64,000 nucleotides of DNA from the NCBI GenBank assembly GCA_013239625.1, contig MU056000.1:10179175-10243174 (forward strand). Direction: 5' to 3'. This document shows positions 53,501 to 64,000 of the stretch, piece after piece. The translations under genes were made by a program, and so were the position numbers. The stretch's first letter is position 1. Every line of letters starts with the position of its first letter. The DNA comes from Lama guanicoe (taxonomy: Eukaryota). The notes beneath the pieces are model-generated. The model did not search any database. It was given only the letters and a program-made list of their open reading frames with translations, and was not told the DNA's origin.

Positions 53501-55929
53501 CTAGCATTCTGAGAAGGAGGAACCTGAAAAGAGCCTCATGTTTACTTGGTGGAAGCGAGTTGTGCAGCCGGTGTGACTTCTGCAGAACCATGACTCTGCC
53601 ACAGGACCCCTTGTCTCGGGCTGTTCCGGGCGCTGCTGTAGCCACGTCAGTGAGCACTGGATCATCTTACACGCGGTTTCACAGAGCGAAGAACCTCCTT
53701 GTAACTGATCTGAACATCCATTCCTTTTCTGTGTTGTACAGTGATCGTGAGTAGATACATCCTGTTGACTGACTCCACACTAATGACTATCTAGAGTGTG
53801 GCAGACACAGGCATGTTGCACGTTCATGCAGGAGCTTTGAAAAAGAAGTTAAAAATGCCTTTGCACACGAAACTTTTTGTCAGTTACTGTGGGGAAGGAA
53901 GATGCTCTTTGACAGTCATCTTCTCTTTTATCTCCTAAATAGTCATCTGAGTTAAAGCTCCTTTTTAGAAGCTATGGATAAAGCATCCAGTAAAGCAAGA
54001 AAATTCTGGTTCAAAGAAGAAGCTGGCATCAGAGCACAGAAGATTTCTTTACTATAAGCAGTACAGCTCTGGGATAGCATCTTCCTGCAGGTGCCTTCTC
54101 ACCTCTCTGCTTGTCCCCCTGGGGCTCAAACCACCTTCCAGAGACGTAACCTGTCTCAGAGTTGTTCTCCAGGAATCACTGCTGTCAGCAGCTTTTTATC
54201 TGTGCTGCGTAATTACCTCACCTTCCAGGATAAAGAAGTGTGGCAGCACTTCAGGAAAACAATGAGTCCTTGCACATTCATTCTAGATCTTCAGAAGCTA
54301 AGCAGGCCAATTCTGTAACCCCCGCCCCCCCAACCCTGGTCGCTCCTGAACTCAGTCATCTTCTGCAGGGCGGATTCTCCGAGCACAGCACATGGTCTCA
54401 AAGCACCTCCATGCTTTCATCGCGTCTGAAATTCAGGCCTGAAGTGCTTGTGTTTTCCTCATTTCCTGTTTTTTCGAAGCTCAAGAAAACCCACCTCTCT
54501 CTCTCTCTCTCTTTTTTTTAAACCAGATTCTAAGTACAGCCTCTGGCTGTCTCCGGTAAGACCCGGGCTGTAGCTGCTGTGGCTGGTAGGGAAAGGAGGA
54601 TCTGATCCTCCTTTGAAAGTCGCTTGTGTTTCCTGAGTCCTGGCTATTATGCAGTTTTAATTTACTTCTCCAGAAAACGAGGAAAGCAGTCAGGCCGCCA
54701 TCCTGGCCTGGTTCTGCAGTGTCTCCTTGTATCCTCACTGAAGGGGTTAGTACCCCTCCCCACAGACCGGGAAGTGGGCCCAGTGGGAGATGCCCGCAGA
54801 GACGGGGCAGTGGGCCGAAGACAGGAGCCCAGGCTCTTCAGACTCGAAAGCAGCCCCCTCACCTGACAGCCCCTCCCCACTTCCAGTCTCAGTTTAAATG
54901 ACTCAGTTTTCCCTCTTGAGAGGACCCTGGCCGGGCCATTCAGTGTTCAGACGGTCGCGCTCTCCTGGCTGCTGGGTTAGTTCCTTCACCTCAATGTGGC
55001 GGTTTCCTAGCTTATGAAGCAGGAGTGAGGTCGTGTCCTCACTGCAGGGCTGCCGTGGGCACAGAGCAGTGCCCCAGAGTTAGTGTCTGTTAACACCGGG
55101 GAGTCTGTTTCTTCCACAGCAGAAGGGTCCAGGGTAGGTTCTGTTCACGGGGAGGCCTTGGCCTTGGGTCTCAGAGAGGCTGTGTGCTAGCCTGGCTCCC
55201 CTGGCCCCTCCCGCTGTGCTGAGGGAAAACCGTGTACTGGCTCATTGTCTTCAAGTGTCAAATGGGAAGTGAGACTAAATGAGTGCTGTTTAGTGTCCCA
55301 GAGCATTCGGGAACGCATTTGTTCCTTTGGGATGCTGAGTGTGGTAAATGCCTTTACCTGCTGGCATCTGCGGAAAGCTTTCAGAAGTGTGAAGTGTAGC
55401 TGTCGGGAGGCACTGCCACCTGCAGACCCACTTACCAAACTTGAGAGGTAATTGTCTTCACGACTCTAGGGACAATAAATAAGAAGACAGACTCGGTGCT
55501 TAAAAACGTGTTTAATAAAGCATGATGTGCCGTCCGTGCCGTCCAGCACCGAGGCCCTGTTGTGTCTCTGCTCAGAGCTGCAGAGCGCGGTCCTGGGTAG
55601 GCCCTGCAGGGGAAGCATGGATCTCCATAAAGCCCTCGTCCCTGAAAATGTCACTGCACAGTGCTGCCTCTGGTGTCAGAGAACATTCGGGAGCAACAGA
55701 TATACAGAACCTGTGTATGCAGGAGCCTCTGATGCTGACAGCTGGCCATCACGAGCAGAGCTTTCTCTGTGCCCAGGGGCCACACTGAGTGGCCAGGGTG
55801 CCAGCCTCCCAGGAGGGGAGGACTGGGTGATGTCACCCATGGAAAGTGCTCGGGCATTGTTCCATAGGTGAAGGCTGTTCTATTAAGCCCTGTGTGTTTG
55901 TGTATGTGTACATACATACACACATACAT

Positions 55930-56260
55930 ATTTTTAATGAACTTTTTTAGGTAACTTTCAGACTTAGAGAAAAATTGTGAAGACGACACAGGGAGTCCTC
56001 ATAGCCTGCACCCAGGCTCCCGCTTATTAACATCTTCCGTTAGTCTGGTGCATTTGTTACTACCGGTGCACTAGTATCGACCCAATATCACACTGATATT
56101 ATAGAAATATAACGTGGAGCCAGTAGTGTTATGACTAATGAGCTAGTACTGCTTAACTCAAGGCCACCCTTTGTTCAGATTTCCTTAGTTTCTCCCTGTT
56201 CCAGGATCCCATCCAGGGTCCTGTCCAGGAGCCACATTGCATATCATTGTCATGCCTCCT
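55930..56260 (-). mobile_element. Old L1MC-like 3' end
   Basis: tttcagacttagagaaaaattg...ttaacatctt...catttgttac...ttcagatttccttagttt...ctgttccaggatcccatccagg. Confidence 0.65.
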
Positions 56261-57499
56261 CTTGGCTTTGACACTTTCTGTCGCTTTTTTTTTTATTATT
56301 ATTATTGTAGTGGCCTCCTTGTCCCTCCTTCATCATTACCACCTTATTCTGATTCCAGTTCATGGCTTAATGCCTCCCTCGTTTGTCCACAAGGAGGGGC
56401 GACTGTCTCCAGCCGGAGGCTGCGGGTCACTGTGTCAGAGCCGTGACAGGCGTGGGGCTCAGGCACCTGATGTGAGAGTGGTTTCCATGCCGTCACTCAG
56501 ACTCCCCGAGACCGTGTGACAGTCTGTGTGGAGGGCTCCTAGTCACGGAGTCATCGCTGGCAGGTGGCCAGACTGCCCTGCAGGGGAGGTGGAGGCCCCG
56601 AGGTGCACAGGATGGAGAGTGGACGTTTTTGAAACATGGTTTTGTTGTTACAGAGCCCTTTGGAAGTGAGCAGTTTCACCGTCTCTGCTCTCAGCAGGAA
56701 TCATTGTAACCTAGCTTTCAAGTGGGTCACAGTGAATACATATAAAACCCTTTAACTGAGCTTTTGAGCAGTCAGATTGGGAACTGACCATGCTTTTCAG
56801 ATCATTTCACGTAGCTGATTCCAAAGAACATGCAAAGTGTGCACACAGACCTTTTCTGAGCCTGGCCCTGCTAGTCAGTCTGAAGGGGTTCTTGGATATC
56901 TCTTCCATCATTTCTAGAAAGAGTTCAGAAAGATCCTTTGTTAATAGTACAGAACGTTCTCATGAGACTTGGATGGTACCGAAAAAGAAGAGTCCTCTGA
57001 AGATGGTTTTTCGGATGGGCAGGGAGAAGGAGATGGCTGTGAGCCTTGCAGTGTATAAAACAGGGCTGTGCCGGACACTGGGGAGGCGTCCCGCGAGCTG
57101 AATGACACCCTTGTGCTTGTAAGTAGGGCTCCAGAGCCAGGCAGACCTGGGGGGTCCTGTTCCACCACCTGCCAGCCTTGGCCCCTGCGTCTGGTGACTG
57201 CCCTCCGCTCCTCAGTCTCCTGACCTGTGACGAGCCTGGGTTGGGAATGGACGGCCCAGCTCCGGGGAGGCACTGAGACCCCACGGAAGTACGTGCTCAG
57301 GACCAGGGCACCTGTGGGGTAGGAGCATTCAGCCTGCGGTGGTGGCAGAGAGCAGACCGACCTTCAGCTGGCCTGTGTTACCGTGTCCAACCCCCGTTGA
57401 CCCCGCACCCCCTCATTGCCCTCCAGGGTGGACTGCTCCACCCTCTCCTGCACCCAGACGCTTGGGGGGCCTCAGTCTGTAAGTGTGGGTGTTAAAACC

Positions 57500-58580
57500 G
57501 TAATACCACTCTCAAAATCAGGAATTGGCACTTGCACATGATTGCCCCCTAATCCTCAGACCCCACGTGTCCTTCGTAGCTAAAGGATCCGGTGGTGAGC
57601 CACCTGTGACGTCTCCTTGTCACATCTCTTAGTGTCCCTCAGCCCTGAGCTTCTCCTTGGTCCTTCCTTGACTAGTGTGACCTGACCCTTTGGGAGGTCT
57701 CAGGCCTGTTGCTTTGGAGAAGGCCCCTCACTTTGGGTTTGTCCTCACCGCTGTATTCTGGTTACACGTCTCCGGCAGGAGTGTCCTGGGAGCGCTGCCC
57801 TGCCCTCCTCACGCCATCCCATCAGTCGACACACGGTTGTAAGTTGTCTGTTACATACGGTGTTCACCGTGACCCCTCGGTTACGGCGGTGTCTGCCAGG
57901 CTTCTCCGTTGTGAAGTGAGTCTTTCCCCCTTAGGATTTAGTAAGTACTTTGTGGGGAGGTACTTTGAAATTCTGTAAATATGCTGTTCCTCGTCCAGTT
58001 TTACTCATTTGTGTCAGTCAGGACTCACGGTTTCCTGCTGAGTGGACTGCACTCCATCACCGTCACTGTTTACATGGATACTCAGATTGCCCCTTGTTTG
58101 GCCTCTCCAAGCTGGCTTCTCTGTCCTGTCCTGTCCACATTGTTCTGGACCATCTCCTTATTGTGTTTGGGCCACAGTAGGATGTTGCAGACTCATCTTG
58201 TGTTCAATCCCACCCCAGCCCTGGAATCCGCCACGTCTCCACAGAGCCTGGTTCTGACCAGAGGAGAGTGGCGCTTAGAAGTGGAGGTCGGGTGCTAAGC
58301 CTGCTTACTGCTTTTGGGCCATTGCTGTTCCCAGGCTCCATCGGTGGATGGGGGTCGGGGGAGGAACGTGAGTGAGTGTGTACTGTCTGTGTGTTGAAAA
58401 CTGTATTCTCATTGGTCCCCCAGTTCCAATCCAGTGCCACAGGGTTAATGCAAGTGTTCTCCTTCTCCATATTTGTAACCCCTTCTCCCAAATGAGGAAC
58501 TCTCATTGTCCTGAATGTGTGGCTTTTTAGACGAAATGCCCCTGGAGGTCGCCAGTCTCCCACCCAGGAGGCTGCCCATA
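57500..58580 (-). mobile_element. Old L1MC-like 3' region
   Basis: Homologous to 27228-28440; gggaggtactttgaaattctgtaaatat; ctccttctccatatttgtaacc. Confidence 0.6.
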
Positions 58581-59596
58581 GCAGGGGCGCCCCGGACCCT
58601 TCAGTCTGGGACTCCTTGCAGGGGCACGCTCCCCACACCCTGGACCACTGCCATCTCACCTGAGATGCCAGCCCTGGGACTGAGATGCTGGGGAAGGAGG
58701 AGGATGAGGGCTCGGTCTGTTCTCACGGAGAACTACACACTCGCCCTGGGCCTTCCTGGAGGCCTCGCTCCTGCTCTTCCCGGCACTGTTCCTTCCTCTC
58801 CAGCCTGTCCGCTCCTCCCTCCGCCCCCAGCAGCAGACCTCTCGCCAGCAGTTCCTTGAACAGTACTGGGGCCCTAACAGACCTGTTTATTTTATTTGAG
58901 GAACCCATTTGCAGCCTCTCATTTATCAAGAGTCAGAGTAATTTTCAGAGTATTTTAGACACCCACTTACACTTAACTCTCAGCTCTTTAAAATGCCAGC
59001 TGCTTTATAGCCATTATAGTTATTGTTTCCTTTTTCTCAGAAAATGTGTACTCTGAAGTACAAAAAAAATTTATAAGTGCAGAATTACTGATAAGGAGAA
59101 ACACAGGAAGAGACATTAACTCATGTTTGTTTGGAACATACCCTTTTCACTTGCTCTTGGGGAATTATCACAAAGTGGTGTATCATACTGAAACACACAA
59201 AACTGGAACTCTCCACTCTGCCATAAAACCGGGAGAAAAAGTGAAGCGGGCATTTGTGGCTATGAGCCGCCTTCTGGCCGTGCAGCAGCAAAGAGCTGGA
59301 AGCCCTTTGTGAGTCACAGGACAGCCAGCAGCTGCCTGCAGACACCCCATTCCTGCTGCGGACGGAAGGGCTGCTGTGAAGTTCAGAGTTTAACAGCCCA
59401 AAACAAGAATGGAAGAGGCTGCTGATAGAGATGTACTGGATCCTAAAACCATCTCTTCCCAGCCTGTTTTTCCTGTTTGATTGGCAGAGACGGTCAGGAA
59501 TATCACCCGCAGACTCTTGCCGTATTTCGTGGCTCCCGGCCTGGCCAGTTTGTTTTCTTGCTCACCTTCTGTTTCTCTGAACATTCTCTTCTGCAG

Positions 59597-59788
59597 AACA
59601 CATACACCAACGCGGATAAGCTACTAGAAGCAGCAGAACAGCTGGCGCAGACCGGGGAGTGTGACCCAGAAGAGATCTACCAGGCTGCCCACCAGCTTGA
59701 GGACCGCATCCAAGATTTCGTCCGGCGAGTGGAGCAGCGGAAGATCCTACTGGACATGTCGGTGTCCTTTCACACCCACGTGAAAGAG
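59597..59788 (+). CDS. TRIO: TRIO coding exon (~exon 11), spectrin repeat
   Basis: ctgcag|AACACA...AAAGAG|gtaagg, 192 nt; NTYTNADKLLEAAEQLAQTGECDPEEIYQAAHQLEDRIQDFVRRVEQRKILLDMSVSFHTHVKE. Confidence 0.97.
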
Positions 59789-61109
59789 GTAAGGCATCCG
59801 GAGCCCCCATCTGAAAGGGTCTTTGAGCACCTTGGAAGGATGAGGGTGGTCACAATGTCAGAAGTGGACCGGAAGTGGCCAGCGATGACACGTAGCTGGT
59901 TCTCGCTGAGTGGGGACTGAGCTGGCCTCCTTGCTGGCCTTCTTCGCCACAGGGACACATTGTGGCCCTCGGATTGGGGAGCAGTGTCTGCCAGAGCGGA
60001 CCCGTGAGGGTGGAGGCAGCCAGGGAGACTGTGGACCAGGAGGCGACCAGGGAAAGCAGGAGCGGAAGGAGATATCATCTCCTTGGAGAGAGGCAGGGCG
60101 TGTCCACTTAGCGGAGACAGATGACCTGTGCGTTGCGGTCAGAGGTCAGAGCTGTGGGGCTTCCTTTCTGCCTGTTCCCCTGTCACGTGGCCGAGGTCAT
60201 GGCCATCTTCTGATTTTATCAGGCCGTCTGACTACTTTCAGATACTCACAGAAGTGAGTTCTGCATAATGTTGACTTTAAATGTACCAAAGCCAGCATGG
60301 CCTTAGTCGTATTAGTGCTGCTGTCATAGGTGTGTTCCTGCTGGTCAGCTTGTCTCAGAAGAAGAGATAATGTGTTACTTGATAGATGGTAGGTAGGTTG
60401 GTACTGATTATACACTGCATACGTGTTACGCTTGGTGAAAATCAGAGAAAATTACAATTGAAGAAACTATCATGTAGCTTTTGAGATAAAAAGGACTTGT
60501 AGTAAAAACAAAGTTTTTAGTAGGACTACAAATTGATTAAGGATGTCAACTTCATCTTATTTCTAAGGAAAAAAATTCTCCCTTTCACAGCTCTGTATAA
60601 ATTGGAAATGAGGGGCCTTTTTAGGTAGTTTGGGATTAAGTTCACAAAGGCTGTGGTAACAGGCTGTGAAGAGGGATGGGAAACAGTCAGATCATGGGGC
60701 CCACTTGGAGAGGGCTGGGCCTGGCTCAGCTTGTTTACAGGCATCCGAGATCAGGGACCAATGAAATTGTTTAAAGGAAAAGAACTTCACCTCCACGTCC
60801 GGGATCTTGGGCAGTCAGTCCTCAGCCAGGCTATTTGTAACTTGAAAGTTTGGCTCCAGGAAAACCAGACTCACTTTCAACTCTGAAACACCACGAGCCC
60901 AGGAAGACAGCGTAGGGGGCGTACTTGGCAAACTGCTGGGACCCTGAGCAGCCCTTTCTGCAGAGGGGCTGGTGCTTTGTGGGCCCTGGACAGTTGTCAG
61001 AATAGAAAACTGCCAGGACTGGCTTCTTTCCCTGCTTTAATAATGCCAAAACAAAAAAAGACTTCCCAGCGTTTACAAAGAGACTATTTTTTTTCCAAGG
61101 AGACACGTT

Positions 61110-61152
61110 CAGTGGACACTGGTCCACCAGTGGACACTGGTCAGGACACTGG
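61110..61152 (+). repeat. Short tandem repeat, GGACACTGG x3
   Basis: cagtggacactggtccaccagtggacactggtcaggacactgg. Confidence 0.7.
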
Positions 61153-63318
61153 CAGTTCTGATCACAGGTGCACGTGGCAGCTTGAGTCAGATCACAACAA
61201 TGAACCAGTCTGCTGCCTCTGTCAGCTCCCTCCTCCGCCTCCCGCAGCCCTGCAACCAGAAGAGAAATTTGGTTAGGCTCTTCTCTTGCTTTTGAACCGA
61301 CAGTGATTCTTTGTGTATCTGGAACACCAGCCTGAAGCCCCGAAGCATCCTCGTGGTCTGGCCCATGCAGAGTCAGATGCACTGCTCCCCTTCACTTCCC
61401 CAGGCAGTTAGCGGAGCCTCCTGCACTCTCTAGAACTTTCTTTACGCCCACCCCTGTTATAGCACTTGTGGTATAGTTTTGTGTTACCCTCTTCTTCTCA
61501 CCAGTATTAGTGCACTAACTTTTCTGTATTTTACATGTTTCTACCCTCTAGCTGAGAGGGGAGGAAGATACCAAGTGTGGAAAAGGAGGCTGTGCCTTTG
61601 TTAGACTGTGACAGACAGAAAGCTGGGAGGAGCTCTGAGCAGCCCAGACCTTTGGGAGGGAAGCACGGTGGGCGGGGGCTGGAGTTCTGCATTGGGGCAG
61701 CAGGGGACGCCGTGGACAGGACGGTGTTCACAGGGCGATGGGGGCAGCAGCAGGCAGGGGCCAGGACTAATCTGATACGTGTCTGTGTGACATGCCTTAG
61801 GGACACTCTAACAGGATTTGTGAAGATATAACTTGCATTTAGGACAAAAAAGATTCTTTCCCCAAAGTATTTATAACTTAGATCACCTTTTCAACTTTGG
61901 TATGATTTTCAAGAAGTAGGTACTAAAGAAAACTGGACTGAGAGCCTTTTACAAATCTGTTCTCCAGAGACGAAGTTTGGGCTCACTGGTTTTTGTGATA
62001 TCAGCGGCATTTTTAAGGAAAAACATGGTAAAAGCATTCCAGTTAGTAAACTACAGGGTCTGTTTTGTCACAGTAGGCTTGGAAGTTTATTGAAAAATGA
62101 AAATACGTTTTGTTTTCTTGACTTAAACTATAGGAACTTCTTGTACGTATGAAGTTTGTAGACTAAGGGAAACTTAAGTCTGTTTTGAAGGCTAAGTGGT
62201 TCACCTTTACAATTCGAGAATTTTCAGTACATTCATTCTTTCCTTTATTATATGAAAGACCTTGGTAGTAGCAGAGAAGGTGGTATGTTCACCATGATTT
62301 GGTTCCCCTTAAATGTGTGCCCCTAAGGTGACCTGGGCTAGGGAGTGGTTCTGTGACAGCCGGGGAAGGGTGCATAGCAGGACACACACATGCTCGGTGA
62401 CGGGAAGGGCAGGTGACTGGGGAAGCTGGCTGCACACAGTGTGGAATACTGTCTGACCCTTCCCCAAGATGTGCTTGGACTTCGTTTTTAGCCCCAGCCC
62501 TTTTCTCAGTGGATTTATTTTTTTCTGACCAGCTGCAGCATCTTCTTTAGCCTCCTTTCTCTGTGCTACATGAATGCCCTCAAACCTGCAGGGACACTTG
62601 GTAGCTTTTATGCAGGAAGGAATGGTTTCTTCATTCATCGTGTTTTGAAACCAGTTATTGAAGGAAAACTCAAATTCGCTTAGAACATATTTCATTATGT
62701 ATTTTAAAACAAAATTAAAAGTGAGAGAGGGCCAAGAGGAGGAAGTCATGCTAATTAAATGTGTTTGCGTCAAGTCACTAAATATTTTAATATAGCGGAT
62801 GAATGAAGAATGGCTAAAAGATTTAGGTTATCAGAATTAATTTTTCTCAAGCAGATCATACAATTTAAAATAACACAGAAGGAGGTAGAAAAAGCACCTT
62901 GCTTTGTCATTTAGGCAAATACATGAAGCTTTTTAGAAGTTAACGTTCAGAGGCTCTCCGATGCGGGGCTTACCGCTCGTCACTCCCAGGTGTCCAGCAG
63001 TGCTTTTATTTCTTACTTTATCCAGAGCGTAGCTCTCTCTTTTTTGCAGTGAATTTCTGGCCCTCTGAGGAGCAAGTAATACAAAGGCGATCTCATTAAC
63101 AGCCATCTTTGGAAAGGTGCCAGACCAAGGTGATATCTGCTCAGTGTTGGCTCAGGATTCTTTTTAAGAGTCACACCTGAAAGAAGGCTGGTGGTTTTAA
63201 GTCTCTTTGCAGACCAGGCACTTAGATTCCACAGGGAGTCCTCGAACTCTAGTCTCTTACCCCCAGAGGACAGAACGGACAGCGCTTGTTCCCCCGGAAA
63301 GAGAGAGAAGAGGAGATA

Positions 63319-63580
63319 CAGACCCTTGAACACCCGGGTTTGAACCGCGCAGGTCCACTTCCACGCAGATGTTTTTCAGTAGTAAACCCTGTGGTACCAC
63401 ACGACCCGCAGTTAGTTGAATCTGCAGATGCAGAACCGCAGATGTGGAGGAACCACGGAGGCAGAGGAACTGTGGATGTTCAGGAACCACGGGTGGGAGG
63501 GCTGACTGTAAATTATACATGGATTTTCACTTGTACGGAGGGTCAGTGCCTCTAACTCCCAGTTGTTCAAGGATCAGCCG
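63319..63580 (+). mobile_element. Tigger2-like MITE with TA target duplication
   Basis: TA|cagacccttgaacacccgggtttgaaccgcgcaggtccact...gttgttcaaggatcagccg|TA; internal degenerate repeats of gcagatg..gaacc. Confidence 0.85.
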
Positions 63581-64000
63581 TATTTTCACGTAGATGGCAA
63601 ATGTTTTATACCTTAAGGCTAAATGCAGAAGGTGGTTGATAGAAGTGTCAGCCTCAATTTCACCATTAAGCCCAGATTTGGAAGCATCCTGGGACCCTTT
63701 TCTCAGTATTTTCCTCTGAAAGAAATTCATGAAATGTTTGACCCACTTTCAGAAAGCTTGAGGACTGATCATCTGTCCTTTTTTTAAAAAATGTTTTTAA
63801 AGTAGTATTGTAGTATTTAAAAGGAATGTTGATCAACCTAACATAAATCTAATTTTATTTTAAGGGAGTTTTTGTTTTCCACCTCAATCTTTCTCTTCCC
63901 TTCAGTATTTTGTAGCTTTTTATTCACATCAGTTCTGATTACACTTCGTCCATCTTTCGGCCTTTGTTATCTGTCCTCCTTTCCTTTTGAATGCATTTTC

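Noticed and set aside
633..59788. Identification as KALRN (Kalirin)
   Set aside because: Diagnostic residues (RRLISYLACIPS, QESFPCCIH, KFEFE) match TRIO as I recall it, not Kalirin.
1..64000. CRISPR array, operon or prokaryotic defence system
   Set aside because: The sequence is mammalian intron-exon DNA with no regularly spaced repeat-spacer array and no dense ORF clusters.

Overview
Mammalian genomic DNA spanning an internal part of TRIO (Trio Rho guanine nucleotide exchange factor) on the + strand. It is probably from a camelid, judged from a Vic-1-like tRNA-derived SINE. Nine GT-AG exons (633-747, 8112-8304, 10554-11066, 13125-13247, 17328-17519, 24865-24996, 35081-35311, 48419-48541, 59597-59788; 1814 nt) splice into one open frame. 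That frame encodes most of the N-terminal Sec14/CRAL-TRIO domain and the first spectrin repeats, and corresponds to about exons 3-11 of the human gene (numbering from memory). The gene starts before and continues after the window. Introns hold ordinary mammalian repeats (L1 3' ends, old L1M/L2/MIR, MaLR LTR remnants, Tigger and hAT DNA transposons, microsatellites). Repeat family names come from recalled consensus sequences, not a RepeatMasker run. Nearly all other ORFs in the track are intronic noise. I found no convincing new biological system. The best leads are splicing-related: the 231-nt exon starts with a perfect 5' splice site and is flanked by UG and CA repeats, inverted L1 pairs bracket in-frame exon blocks, a sense L1 polyA signal lies just after an exon, and there is a possible internal promoter and a possible retrocopied 3'UTR fragment.
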